64,000 bases of DNA from a virus: IMG/VR virus record IMGVR_UViG_3300007513_000015, positions 35,127 through 99,126 of that record; one strand, given 5' to 3'. This document shows positions 10,701 through 20,694 of this stretch, piece by piece. The notes beneath the pieces were generated by a model. It worked only from the letters and a program-made list of their open reading frames with translations, had not been told where the DNA came from and ran no database searches. The first letter of the stretch is position 1. Each line of letters starts with the position of its first letter. Made by a program: the position numbers and the translations under genes.

Positions 10701-13700
10701 GGACCACAACCATATACACCATCTGAATTACCTGGTGCTATGAACGACCATACTGTTGTTGCGCTTGGTGATGGTTATGGCCCGACTGACAATATGGAAA
10801 TCACTGTAGATACGCAAACTACATTAACATTTGTTGATCCAGACACCACTACTGTTGAAGGCGCACAAGACTCACCTTGGTACTGGACTTGGTGGGATCA
10901 TTCTGATCCATCATATGCTCCTTATCAAGTAGATGAAGCAGTGGCAGCATCATTTGGTGGTAACGAAGGAACAACAGGTGGTTTTGACTTATATCGTGGT
11001 GGTACATATAAATTCACTAATAATGCTTGGAATCCATCAGGTCATATCGTACAGCCTGATCCATTCACTGGACTCCCTACTCCAATGTATATGCACGCGG
11101 CTGGTGTTAAAGCTATTCTCGGCGCAGGGTGGGATAATCTAGTTGAAGCGGGTATGGTACAGAATGATGGTAAGAAGTGTGTTTCTATGAGAGCAGATCA
11201 CGGTCTAACTATCGTTGCTGGTGATCATAATCCATTCAACAATCTTGAAGAGGAGCCAGGCAACTGGACTTCTACAGAAACATTCCCGGTTTGTATGGGG
11301 TTAAATGGTTGGTGTGAAGAGTTAGACGTTGATGGATGGTACTACAATGGCGAAGATGATAAACAGACTTGTTTAGATTTGAATCCAACAAGTGAGGTTG
11401 GATTAGCGCAATGGAGAGAATCACAATACATTGGTAACTTCTCTAAAGAATTCACTTGGAAGATTCCTGAAGATTTCGGTCTTACTGGTTCTGATGGTAA
11501 TTCTGGACTTGGTCCATTTGTTGCGCCTGGCGAAGTAAATGGATACTATGCTGTAGAAGCTGATGGTGGTCTATATAAATTTGATAAAGAAGGTATGATT
11601 GAAGGTACTAACAGAACAGTCAACCTTTATCGTGGTGGCACTTATCGCTTCCGTGTGAATGCGGCTGGTCACCCAATGTATATTACAACTGATGATGGTT
11701 CACACTTTACTCCAGGTGCTTATTTTGGTGAGTATCTACTTGGTGTAAATGGTTCAAGAGCAGAAGAGGGAGCTGGTGACCAAACATACGCTGATTCTTC
11801 TAACTTTGGTCTTGATGGGGCAGGCGTTCCTAAATATGAAATTTTAGAATTCACTGTACCATCTGTCGCTCCTGATACACTTTACTATCAGTGTGCTTGG
11901 CACGCTTCTATGATGGGACAATTCAATATTATTGACTTGCCTGTTGTTAATGCTGGTGAAGATATTGTTGTTTACTACCATCACGGTCAGGACAATATGT
12001 ACACTCCTCTACATATTAAGGATAAGATTGTTGTTGATAACGGCACTTCTACTGACTACTTCCAGGTACAGCCTGAGCCAGTAAATTCATTCCCAGTAAA
12101 AGGAACTCAAGCAGACGTACTTAATGAAGGCAATCTGTTAACTGCTACAGGTGAAGGTGCAATTCCAAAGATTCAAGCAATGAATATTGAACTTGGCACT
12201 ACATCTTATATTGATCCACTTGTGATGATTCCAGGAATTGGTTCTGAGCAATTCCTTGTAACAAACAATGAAAGTGGTCTTGCTAAGGTTTATATCAGTG
12301 TTGATATAGATAAGCGTTCTAATATCTCTCTTGATAACGTAACATTCAAGGAAGTTGTATGGACAGAATCTGGTTCTTGGCAGATTCAAGGTGGTACTGC
12401 ATTTACGAATACTACTGTTGCAGGATATATTGAGCAGATTGTTACTGGTTCAATTGTTGAAGGCACAACATACGAGATCCAATACGATATCGTAGAATCA
12501 TTCAAGGATGACTTTGATGCGGAAGTTGGAACAGTTCAAGCAGTTCTTATTGGTGATACTATTGTTGAAGGCACATCTAATACTACAGTTGGACACTACT
12601 CCGAAACAGTAATTGCTCCTGCTAATACAAATATATTGAGACTAAATAACACAGGTAAGGGTAAGATTGATAATGTTTCAATCCGTGAACGTGTAACTGG
12701 TCAAAATGCTTGGTATATGGGTGAAGGCTGGAATTCAGTCGGAGGTAAAGCATATATTGACGGCACTATCTCTTCTAAAACAGAAGTTAACCAGACTGTT
12801 GATATTGAGACTGGTAAACTATATGAAGTTAAGTATAATTTAGCAGACCTCGACCCTAATGATAACGGTATGTCTGGTAGATTACGTGTTACTCTAGGTA
12901 CTAATCCTGAGAATTTAATTTCAAATTGGAACTTTGATTTCACTGATCCTGTTCTAGTTAATTGGACAACTTCTGGTCCTGATGTACAGATTGTTAATGA
13001 GAAGTTAATTTTCAATTCTTCTACAAATGGCACTGCTACATACACCTTAGCTAATGCTCTTGTTAAGAATGAGAAGTATGAAGCAACTATTGATTGTGAT
13101 GTGTTTGATGAAAATATCTTGAATTTCCAAGTTGGGCCTGGGCCTGCTGGAACTCACGCTCATACATTCCAAATGACTGAAACACAGAGTAATTGGTTAC
13201 AAGAGAATCCATCTGTTAATACGCTATCATTTGTGCAGACTGATGGTTATCACGCAGAAACATATACACACATCTTTACAATTGCTTGGTCTCAAGATAT
13301 TATGAGTTATGTGTTAGTTTCACAAACAATTCCTGAAGGTCACGATGAATTAACTCTAGTGTCAACTACTAATAACAATCCTACAATTGATGTGTTTGTT
13401 GATGGTGTTGCTCAACATACTATTTCTACAACTGGTATCCATCACATTGATTTAGTTGGAGAGGCTTCATCTACATTTATGCTACAGATGAATGGTTCAG
13501 GTTCTATCAACTCCGTTAAGCTAGTTGAAGAAGAAATACCAGCAATTGATTATGACTCTACTGGTGTTGTTCCTAATGGTGAACAATCTTACTATACGAG
13601 AGCTGGTTCACACGACTCTAAGATTCACTTCATTGCTGATGTGGACAATAATCGTCCTGAAGAAAATAATCCTTACTACACTAATATTGGTTTTGAAGGA

Positions 13701-15299
13701 TCTATTGATAATATTTCAGTTCGTGAAGTGGAAGAGAATTGGACTTTCGCTTCTCAAGAAGGTGGTAATTCATATGTTGACCAAACTTCACAACAGATTT
13801 ACACTTCTGGTGTTGGTACTGGTGCAAGAGGAATCGCACATATCTCATTTGAAATCACTAATGAAATGAACTATCGTGTAGGCTTCAATATTGATAGACC
13901 TACTGATTCTATTGTTAAGATTGGTCCTACTCCAGATTCAGACACGTATGGTAGTTTTGAAATCACTGCTAATGATAATGATGGAGATAAAGACTTTATA
14001 TTCACTGCACCAGTTACTGGTGTTGCGTACATAACACTTTCTACTACTGGAAATGGCTTCACTTATTGGGATAATGTTTCTGTTAAGACTATTCCTAATC
14101 TTTCTTCTGATGAGTATCTATTGCTTGCACGTTCTTTGAATGTGTTTGGTGTACCTATCGGTGGAGAAGAAAGATGGAAGAGTGTCCATCTTGATATGGA
14201 AAATGCAGACTATACAGGTCAGCCTATCTCTGGTATGCGTACACTGGAATCATTTGGCGAATCAGTGATTGAAAATTACTATGATGTTAACAGACGTTCT
14301 AATGATATCTTGAATCCACCTGTATCTCTGACCGGTATGAATATTGAGTTTGGTACAAGAGCGGTTACAGCAATTAATCCTTCTTGTTCTAATGATCTAT
14401 ATAATAATCAAGTAGATTGTGAGACACCTAACGGTACTTGGTTCGATACAGTAGTATCCTTCTGTTCTGATTCAATCTATCCAGATGAAGTGTCTTGTAT
14501 TGAGCCTAATGGTACTTGGACTGCTGGTTCTTGTTCTAATCCAATATATGGAGATGTTTCATCTTGTGAAGATGCGGGAACGTGTTCTGATTCACAGTTT
14601 AACAACAGTGAAACACAGTGTACTACTTCTGGTGGAGTTTGGACTTCTGATAATAATACTTGGACATTTGGTGTTTGTACTGACTTATCTTTCAATGACC
14701 AATCTTCTTGTGAATCACCAAGAGGAGTTTGGACACCTGAGAATCCAGCTCATTGTACTGACTTATCTTTCAATGACCAATCTTCTTGTGAATCACCAAG
14801 AGGAGTTTGGGATGCTACTGTAGTTGAGGCAATGACTGGAGACACAATCGAAGTAACTGGTGCTGGTATTGATCCAAACTATATTATCACTATTGGTGGG
14901 GTTGAACAATCATCTTCACCAATAAATCTACCAACTAAGGTTAACTTTATATTAAATGCTGATACTCCACTAGGAATACAAGAATTTAAGATTACAAATA
15001 TTGACGGTGATTTTGCTATACTTGATGTGCCATTCACTGTACTTGATCACTTGAGAATCATTACTGTTACTGATAATCTTGATGGCACTTATGGAGTTAC
15101 AGGAGCATCATTTGAATCTACTACAACAGTAACACTTATTGACCAAGCAACTACAACTGATTATCCTCAAACGGTAACATTTGTTGATGCTAACAATATT
15201 TCATTTACTGATGTTGTAAATCCTGGTACATATGATGTGAGAGTTGATAATTCTGATGGATCAACATTCACTGAAATTGATGCAGTAGTTATAGCATAA
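7764..15299 (+). CDS. Giant (2511 aa) virion/fibre protein with cupredoxin-like, His-x-His, Gly-rich beta-repeat, carbohydrate-binding-like and Cys-repeat modules
   Basis: HNAV...YFHCTFHP and GHPMY...YYQCAWHASMMG motifs; GSGY repeats; IDNVSIRE jelly-roll-like repeats; C-terminal C-x10-CE repeats. Confidence 0.75.
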   Translation: MAHYTGHKFTLTELNTIEQQKSDFLNSLNIKLSAPDLLVKDLSLMLKSLEVMENLEHLPEYKDFLINVANRSATFVNPTEMIPNGGFDVTYNTTNLVTNSSFSADAFELEIIKNSGFDVPVDLARPWANGIAYKFDTLFTEGTQIVQAFTDGQQTALTWFETELKPNTQYKFSYDLTVNPVNWDLLSGGFNMVDIPSSDKAVFSETGGGPDPQTFICSVIEDASLVRPTCDGVAIEWNTSIEQMAIDCQSGGGVWDEGAINDPQAQNHILIPYHINAREGDTIIFTNPSTSILVHNAVSDDNIAFISPDLNPGESWSWVVDGYHDLYFHCTFHPLEEGRLTSTTNHRYVYAIDHGLNPGDTVKIPINYGANVALPSLSNSYAINLALPQSCTSLGGAGDQNVVESLYHDLSIGNIVSFQSGEVETNPDAGVPVDVVFQGGTGSDTANASASVQVTGGVVSDISLTSGGSGYIEIPTVYIVGGGGAGATASINFSGNITSISIDDIGSGYQTAPTVQISAPDVATIPDGIGGTIPTTPATAIATINASGSIDSITITENGSGYHSPPTITLVGGTPTVAGSVSGEINGSVLGITLISGGSGYGSGDGSVGVGERKWEEYIITAVQKGDARVDIFFDDVNVIGHLHTAELTPAEYQQIKNGTPTVIMTSTDGEGSGENSPHSHSATFDWDPALNNGDGGMYLVGMTGSHTHGMQNYYDITGGTKVELTNFGHYHEILISLDDEATLKAAPLQNVTQDTDGTWSATSGNTLILTSDYGTSDPQHFHTLEMGCLDPDNDTYLIIAIDQHIHDFDRVWYPGSSQFTLGQYNFALGGDDTNPTSINLPFIDIIGYVKKDKGIECDAHGLKAGDKVHYQNVYNGIHHGNTNYFVDYVIDWDHFVLTESVIYPLENAPGTTPTQFDVVESYEVVADLASYRFEVERDLTNHVGSPFIEGVEIHWSRPRTVKSTNHGLSVGDVVQLPSGPQPYTPSELPGAMNDHTVVALGDGYGPTDNMEITVDTQTTLTFVDPDTTTVEGAQDSPWYWTWWDHSDPSYAPYQVDEAVAASFGGNEGTTGGFDLYRGGTYKFTNNAWNPSGHIVQPDPFTGLPTPMYMHAAGVKAILGAGWDNLVEAGMVQNDGKKCVSMRADHGLTIVAGDHNPFNNLEEEPGNWTSTETFPVCMGLNGWCEELDVDGWYYNGEDDKQTCLDLNPTSEVGLAQWRESQYIGNFSKEFTWKIPEDFGLTGSDGNSGLGPFVAPGEVNGYYAVEADGGLYKFDKEGMIEGTNRTVNLYRGGTYRFRVNAAGHPMYITTDDGSHFTPGAYFGEYLLGVNGSRAEEGAGDQTYADSSNFGLDGAGVPKYEILEFTVPSVAPDTLYYQCAWHASMMGQFNIIDLPVVNAGEDIVVYYHHGQDNMYTPLHIKDKIVVDNGTSTDYFQVQPEPVNSFPVKGTQADVLNEGNLLTATGEGAIPKIQAMNIELGTTSYIDPLVMIPGIGSEQFLVTNNESGLAKVYISVDIDKRSNISLDNVTFKEVVWTESGSWQIQGGTAFTNTTVAGYIEQIVTGSIVEGTTYEIQYDIVESFKDDFDAEVGTVQAVLIGDTIVEGTSNTTVGHYSETVIAPANTNILRLNNTGKGKIDNVSIRERVTGQNAWYMGEGWNSVGGKAYIDGTISSKTEVNQTVDIETGKLYEVKYNLADLDPNDNGMSGRLRVTLGTNPENLISNWNFDFTDPVLVNWTTSGPDVQIVNEKLIFNSSTNGTATYTLANALVKNEKYEATIDCDVFDENILNFQVGPGPAGTHAHTFQMTETQSNWLQENPSVNTLSFVQTDGYHAETYTHIFTIAWSQDIMSYVLVSQTIPEGHDELTLVSTTNNNPTIDVFVDGVAQHTISTTGIHHIDLVGEASSTFMLQMNGSGSINSVKLVEEEIPAIDYDSTGVVPNGEQSYYTRAGSHDSKIHFIADVDNNRPEENNPYYTNIGFEGSIDNISVREVEENWTFASQEGGNSYVDQTSQQIYTSGVGTGARGIAHISFEITNEMNYRVGFNIDRPTDSIVKIGPTPDSDTYGSFEITANDNDGDKDFIFTAPVTGVAYITLSTTGNGFTYWDNVSVKTIPNLSSDEYLLLARSLNVFGVPIGGEERWKSVHLDMENADYTGQPISGMRTLESFGESVIENYYDVNRRSNDILNPPVSLTGMNIEFGTRAVTAINPSCSNDLYNNQVDCETPNGTWFDTVVSFCSDSIYPDEVSCIEPNGTWTAGSCSNPIYGDVSSCEDAGTCSDSQFNNSETQCTTSGGVWTSDNNTWTFGVCTDLSFNDQSSCESPRGVWTPENPAHCTDLSFNDQSSCESPRGVWDATVVEAMTGDTIEVTGAGIDPNYIITIGGVEQSSSPINLPTKVNFILNADTPLGIQEFKITNIDGDFAILDVPFTVLDHLRIITVTDNLDGTYGVTGASFESTTTVTLIDQATTTDYPQTVTFVDANNISFTDVVNPGTYDVRVDNSDGSTFTEIDAVVIA
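14675..14810 (+). repeat. Two identical 58-bp copies (14675-14732, 14753-14810) encoding CTDLSFNDQSSCESPRGVW
   Basis: Nucleotide identity read directly. Confidence 0.9.
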
Positions 15300-15315
15300 A
15301 GAGATACTAAACTAT

Positions 15316-15342
15316 TATAAATAGTTTTAATTATTATAAATA
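15316..15342 (+). promoter_or_regulatory. Tandem late promoters (TATAAATA x2)
   Basis: Exact matches at 15316-15323 and 15335-15342. Confidence 0.75.
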
Positions 15343-15378
15343 TAATCAGAAATAGATTTAATTTGGAGATAAACTAAA

Positions 15379-18300
15379 ATGTCCGTAACACTATCAAACA
15401 TAACAACTGCGGTTGATCCGTTTAACGATATTCCAGATATTACATTTGATAGTATCGACATCACGGCTTTCACCGAAGAAGTAGAAATTTATACTAACAC
15501 TCCTGCGGTGATGATTCCAACTAAGTTGAACGCAATGGCTGGTTCAATGAAAACTTGGTTGAATGATAATATTAGTGCGCCACTAGAGAACCAACAAAAC
15601 ACATTCAAGAATGAAGTGATTATAAGAACCAACACTGCTATGAATGCTGTTGAAACCTATATGAATGATGAAGTTCAAGGTTTCGTTAATACAGTATTTG
15701 TGCCTTGGGCAAACGATGCTGGTAATATTCTTTCAAATCACGCAAACATTCTTGAAACTAATGTGACTGGAACAATATCACAGTTACAAAGTGACTACAC
15801 TCTTCACGTTGAATCTCAGGATGCTATTATCCAGCAGGCCCTTGATGATATATTATCTAATATTGCTCAATATACTTCTGGTGCGGCAGATTCTGGTTAT
15901 TCTATTCATCAAACCAATGAATTACTTGCCGATGTTACGATGACTCGTGAGATTGGATTTGATAACTACAAATACAATGCAGAAGGTCAGATCACATTCG
16001 CAGAAGAAGGACCAAATAGAACACATCATATTTCATATAACAAATCAACTGGCGCTATTCAGGCATTTGGTGAGTCAATGCAAATCGAAGGTGAGCCTCG
16101 TCCATTCGTTCAACATCTTAAACTTGAACAAGAGGCTTCTACTGGCTCAACTTCTGTTACTAAGATTAAAGCATATGATATAAACAAGTATGTATCCACT
16201 ACTAATGTTAATTCATTCAGAGGAACTGGACACGAAGAAGATGGCACACCGGCTGTTGAATTAACTATTCTTAATAATACGTCTATTGCTGATACTGATA
16301 ATCCTGAACTTGTCTTGAGAAGAGGTATTGATTCAGCTATGATGTGGGGTAGTCTTGATGATGGTGATTTTATTACAATCACAAATCTTGATGGTTCTAT
16401 TTACAATGAAGGTATTGTTGGCCAATATGCACAGAACTATGATACAACTTTATTTAAGCCTTATTCTTCCTATTGTCACGATTCAACATCATCCGTAACT
16501 GGATGGGGTGTGGATGCTAGTATGAATGCTATTGATATTGATTCTTCTGGCGGCCTATATGACACTCCTGTAAAATGTGAAATGTATAAAGATTCTAATG
16601 TTGCTCTTTTAGATGATTTAAGTCGTTCTTATGAGTTTAATATTGCTGGTGAATCTTATGATTCTGATTTATCTGATGGTCTTATCTATAATGTATACAT
16701 TAATGATGATTCCGGTTTCATTGATTCGTATGCATACACAATTGATGCTAATGGCAAACAAGATACTGGTGCAATCTTAAATGCTGTTTATGATAATGGT
16801 GTTTCAGATGTTACAATCACTAATAGAGGTACAAAATATTCTAAAAACTCATCTGCAAGAGCATTTGATTTAGGTGCTGTTGATGTTACAGGTTCCATTG
16901 AAACAAAAGCAGTAGCAACTCATACATTAAAGAATGGTATGGTTGATGAGATTTTAATTACTAATGCTGGTGCAGGTTATACCGGATATTATGAAATTAT
17001 CGTTCCTGAAGTTCCGGGTGGTGATGGTCATACTCATACATTACAATTTTCACAAGCAATAATTAATCAAATTAAAGCAGGAACTCCTCAAGTCGGCGCA
17101 ACCGTTGAGGCAGGTCACTCACACGATATTACTGTTGCTTGGAATGATTTTAACAATTCATTCATTCTAACACAAACAGTTGGCGGTGGTCACGACCACG
17201 AAATGACTATTACAACACATAATGTTAATCCAACAATTACAGTAGCATTCACAACAAATACTGGTGGTCTTGCTGATGGTTATGTTGTATTAGCAGAAGA
17301 TGGAACAGTAGATGAAGTTATTATAACTAATGGTGGTGCTGATTATGGAGTAGGAGATACAGTCTCTATTAGTGGTGGAGCCCCTGCTACTCCTGCGCAA
17401 GTATCAATGAATCTTGCTGATGGTGGTATCGCAAGTATTGCAGTTTCAGATCAAGGTACTGGATATACTGATAATACAGCAAAGACTGTTCAGGTGGATA
17501 TTCAAAACAATACTTTCACTCCGTCCGTTATTTCTGTAAATGTTGGAGATACAATCGACTTTACAAATCTTGATATTCAAGCGCATACAGTAACACATAC
17601 TGATGGAATGTTTAATTCTGGTGATATTCCACAAAATGCTACATTCTCATATACAGTCACAAAGGACACTGAATTAACAGATAGATATGATATTGTTGAT
17701 GAGAATAATACTGAAACTACTGCTACTCTTTGGGTTCGTGAAAACACGGTATTTGTTGAAATGAACACAACAACTGGTGGTGGTCTGAGAGGTCTTGGTA
17801 CTATTAATGCATCAGGAAACTTAATTGATATTGCTGTTGATAACCCAGGAAAAGGATATAATGCAACAGATACAGTTCGTATTATTGATGTATCTGGCCC
17901 AGGAGAAGGAGCATATGCTTCTGTAGAAACTAATCGCTCTATTGGTGCTGTTACTGTTGTGAATAAGGGAACTGGTTATTCTGAGAATACTCAAATTCTT
18001 GCGTTTGATCCTACTGGTACTCCTATCATTGATTCTGCTACTGGATTAGAAACAGGAAGAACATATGGTTCTGGAGCTATTTTGAGACCAAATTTAACAA
18101 CAGAATACGTTCCAGCTGTTTGTTCTGATTCGCAATTTCTCGTTCAAGCGGATTGTGAAGGGGCCGGGGCAACTTGGAGTGCAGAAATCACTATAGGTGA
18201 AATAATTGATGTTACTGTAGCTGATGGCGGCTCTAATTATAATGATATTCAACTTATTATTAATGATCCTGCTGGAACTGGTGCAGGTGGTTCATTGACA

Positions 18301-18969
18301 CCAGATGTTAATAATATAATCTCTGATGTAAGTTTGACTAATCGAGGTTCAAATTACAATGAGCCTATCATAATTATATCTGATCCTTCAGGTAAGATTG
18401 GTACTACTTTAGATAGCACAATTGGCGGTGGATTCGCTGGAACAGTCACACTTAATAATGGTATCGGCTCGGCTACAATCGTTGAAGATTGGCAAAATTA
18501 TATTGATGGACAAACAAGAGTTATAGTAGTTGATGCAGATCCTATTCCTACTGGTTACGGTGCTACTGGCACAGTTCAACTTGGAGCGGCAGGCAATGTT
18601 TCATCTATCACATTCACTAATCCTGGAACTGCTTATAAGCAACCTGTAGTGGTGGTTGCAGGACCAGTTAGTTATACTGGTGCTTCTATCAATAATGTTA
18701 ATACTGATTTAGCACTGTATGGGCCAGAAGGAAATACAGATAATAGCCCATTTTCTGCTAATAACACAGCCGGAACAAACTTTAAGAATGGTATTATGAT
18801 TCAGTTTGAGAATCCAAATGGTCATTCTATGGATGATTATTGGACATTCAAATGCCAGTCTTGGAAAAAAGGAACGCCAGATTCACTACTATACACTTCT
18901 AGTAGATATGATGGTAATAATGAAAATATGCGTGGAATTATTACATTGAAAGATGTATGGGACGTTTAA
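15379..18969 (+). CDS. Large virion structural/fibre protein (1196 aa) with GxGY repeats, a His-x-His module and a degenerate cupredoxin-like domain
   Basis: ITNxGxGY repeats; GHTH/GHSH/GHDH; FTPSVISVNVGDTIDFTNLDIQAHTVT. Confidence 0.7.
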   Translation: MSVTLSNITTAVDPFNDIPDITFDSIDITAFTEEVEIYTNTPAVMIPTKLNAMAGSMKTWLNDNISAPLENQQNTFKNEVIIRTNTAMNAVETYMNDEVQGFVNTVFVPWANDAGNILSNHANILETNVTGTISQLQSDYTLHVESQDAIIQQALDDILSNIAQYTSGAADSGYSIHQTNELLADVTMTREIGFDNYKYNAEGQITFAEEGPNRTHHISYNKSTGAIQAFGESMQIEGEPRPFVQHLKLEQEASTGSTSVTKIKAYDINKYVSTTNVNSFRGTGHEEDGTPAVELTILNNTSIADTDNPELVLRRGIDSAMMWGSLDDGDFITITNLDGSIYNEGIVGQYAQNYDTTLFKPYSSYCHDSTSSVTGWGVDASMNAIDIDSSGGLYDTPVKCEMYKDSNVALLDDLSRSYEFNIAGESYDSDLSDGLIYNVYINDDSGFIDSYAYTIDANGKQDTGAILNAVYDNGVSDVTITNRGTKYSKNSSARAFDLGAVDVTGSIETKAVATHTLKNGMVDEILITNAGAGYTGYYEIIVPEVPGGDGHTHTLQFSQAIINQIKAGTPQVGATVEAGHSHDITVAWNDFNNSFILTQTVGGGHDHEMTITTHNVNPTITVAFTTNTGGLADGYVVLAEDGTVDEVIITNGGADYGVGDTVSISGGAPATPAQVSMNLADGGIASIAVSDQGTGYTDNTAKTVQVDIQNNTFTPSVISVNVGDTIDFTNLDIQAHTVTHTDGMFNSGDIPQNATFSYTVTKDTELTDRYDIVDENNTETTATLWVRENTVFVEMNTTTGGGLRGLGTINASGNLIDIAVDNPGKGYNATDTVRIIDVSGPGEGAYASVETNRSIGAVTVVNKGTGYSENTQILAFDPTGTPIIDSATGLETGRTYGSGAILRPNLTTEYVPAVCSDSQFLVQADCEGAGATWSAEITIGEIIDVTVADGGSNYNDIQLIINDPAGTGAGGSLTPDVNNIISDVSLTNRGSNYNEPIIIISDPSGKIGTTLDSTIGGGFAGTVTLNNGIGSATIVEDWQNYIDGQTRVIVVDADPIPTGYGATGTVQLGAAGNVSSITFTNPGTAYKQPVVVVAGPVSYTGASINNVNTDLALYGPEGNTDNSPFSANNTAGTNFKNGIMIQFENPNGHSMDDYWTFKCQSWKKGTPDSLLYTSSRYDGNNENMRGIITLKDVWDV

Positions 18970-18977
18970 TAAATTAA

Positions 18978-18985
18978 TATAAATA
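18978..18985 (+). promoter_or_regulatory. Late promoter TATAAATA
   Basis: Exact consensus upstream of 19021. Confidence 0.75.
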
Positions 18986-19020
18986 GAAGTAAATAAAAGA
19001 ATTTCTGGAGATAAACAACT

Positions 19021-19983
19021 ATGGATATTTTAACACTTGGTAAGATGAACCAGATGGCAAAAGAAGTTGACCAAACTATGGAATATCTTGCCAATGCGAC
19101 ATTCTCCGCACTGAAAGATATTTGTACAGTTCAAGATGAACAACTAACTTGCATCAATCAAACAGTCGCCGAAGGTGTAACAAATCTTGAAGATATGGGC
19201 GGTGGCGGAAGTGGCGTTCAAATTGTAGATTTTTACAATGAAAACGATATAGGCTGTCATTGTTTTACTGGTTGTAACACTACTTGGACTGTCCCTGATG
19301 GCATAAAATCTATTACATTTGAAGCCTGGGGTGGAGGCGGTGCTGGCGCTGGCCACTGTTGTCACGGGTGTTGGTGTGATATGGCATCGTGCGGTTCTCA
19401 AGGTGGCGTATATGCACGAAAAACTGTTTGTTGTATTGCTGAGGATTTTGTAGCAGGTGATGTTTACTCACTTTGTATGGGTGACGGTGGTAATGCGGCC
19501 GGTGGAGGCGGTTGTTGGACCGGTTGTTGTGATGCTCCACGAGGGTGTATGTCATATATCACTGGCCCAGGATTGGATAATTTCTGTGCGCCTGGTGGTA
19601 GGGGTGGTTATAATTTATACTGTAGTTGTAGGTGTAATATGAACCATTGTTGGTACGAAACTCCACAGTGTTTAGGTCTTTGTGTTGGTCAAAATGTTGA
19701 TTTTGCCGCAACAGCGACTGGTCACCAATTCTTCAAGGGCCGCCGTAATTGTGATTGTAACTCACGTTACACACAAACAGGCTCTTCTTATGGTTTAAGA
19801 AATGATTTTATGCAACATATTGAGGATTCTATGAGCTGGTGTGGTTGCGAAACAAATTGTCACGCATATCGACTGGCAGGCGGCGGTATGAATGTTCAAA
19901 AATCATATTGCGGAAACGCTCTTTGTGGTGGATGCTTAGGCAGCCCAGGACATTCTGGTTTAATTAGAATCACATACGCATAA
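19021..19983 (+). CDS. Cys/Gly-rich tail-fibre-like protein 1
   Basis: WTVPDG...TFEAWGGGGAG...GLIRITY glycine-rich domain; ~32 Cys; followed by a fibre-chaperone-like gene. Confidence 0.65.
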   Translation: MDILTLGKMNQMAKEVDQTMEYLANATFSALKDICTVQDEQLTCINQTVAEGVTNLEDMGGGGSGVQIVDFYNENDIGCHCFTGCNTTWTVPDGIKSITFEAWGGGGAGAGHCCHGCWCDMASCGSQGGVYARKTVCCIAEDFVAGDVYSLCMGDGGNAAGGGGCWTGCCDAPRGCMSYITGPGLDNFCAPGGRGGYNLYCSCRCNMNHCWYETPQCLGLCVGQNVDFAATATGHQFFKGRRNCDCNSRYTQTGSSYGLRNDFMQHIEDSMSWCGCETNCHAYRLAGGGMNVQKSYCGNALCGGCLGSPGHSGLIRITYA

Positions 19984-19999
19984 TTTAGGAGTTATAAAA

Positions 20000-20692
20000 A
20001 TGAGTGAAACTTGGCAAGAAACAGTAAATGTAGAATATACATACGACTGTCCAACAGACAATTATCTATCCGGGAAGATAAATGAAACTATTACTGAAAA
20101 TTATAATGGTCCAGCTAGATTAGTTTCCCTAGTCGATAAAGAGACTAATGTTCCTGAAGTTGTTTTAAGGGAATGGGAAGCATATGACGGCAGACCCGAT
20201 AGGTTAAATTGTTATAGTGTTGTTATTGACTGTTCTGAAAATGCTTTAGTGTGTGAGGTTCTTTCTGACTATCATAACAACCATTTAGATGATGAAAACT
20301 TAGGTATTGAAGGAAACGAAGATACTAGAGAAATGAAATCAATTTCTACTCCTGACGGTTATAATGAATTCACTTATCCATATCCAATTCATCCTGATGA
20401 ACTTTATGATGATAAACGGTCTACATATAATAAAGAAACAGAAACTTGGAATCTTCAAAAGAATACAAATGTTGATATTTTAGGTGAAAGTAATTGGGAT
20501 GAAATTCGTATTTTGAGAAATGAAATTCTTCAAAATACTGATGGAATGATGAGTTCTGATGTACCAGAAAATATTAAAACAAATGTTGGTGCTTTAAGAC
20601 AAAAATTAAGAGATTTACCAGAAGAACTCGCAGGAATTGATGAAGTATTTGTGCCATCTTCTTTCCCCAGCACTTCTATTTTGGAGAAATAA
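20000..20692 (+). CDS. Tail fibre assembly chaperone-like protein 1
   Basis: WDEIRILRNEILQNTD...LRQKLRDLP C-terminal motif. Confidence 0.7.
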   Translation: MSETWQETVNVEYTYDCPTDNYLSGKINETITENYNGPARLVSLVDKETNVPEVVLREWEAYDGRPDRLNCYSVVIDCSENALVCEVLSDYHNNHLDDENLGIEGNEDTREMKSISTPDGYNEFTYPYPIHPDELYDDKRSTYNKETETWNLQKNTNVDILGESNWDEIRILRNEILQNTDGMMSSDVPENIKTNVGALRQKLRDLPEELAGIDEVFVPSSFPSTSILEK

Positions 20693-20694
20693 AA

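Noticed and set aside
14675-14810. Repeat pair as a DGR template/variable region
   Set aside because: The copies are identical, in-frame and adjacent, with no adenine-specific differences and no reverse transcriptase in the window
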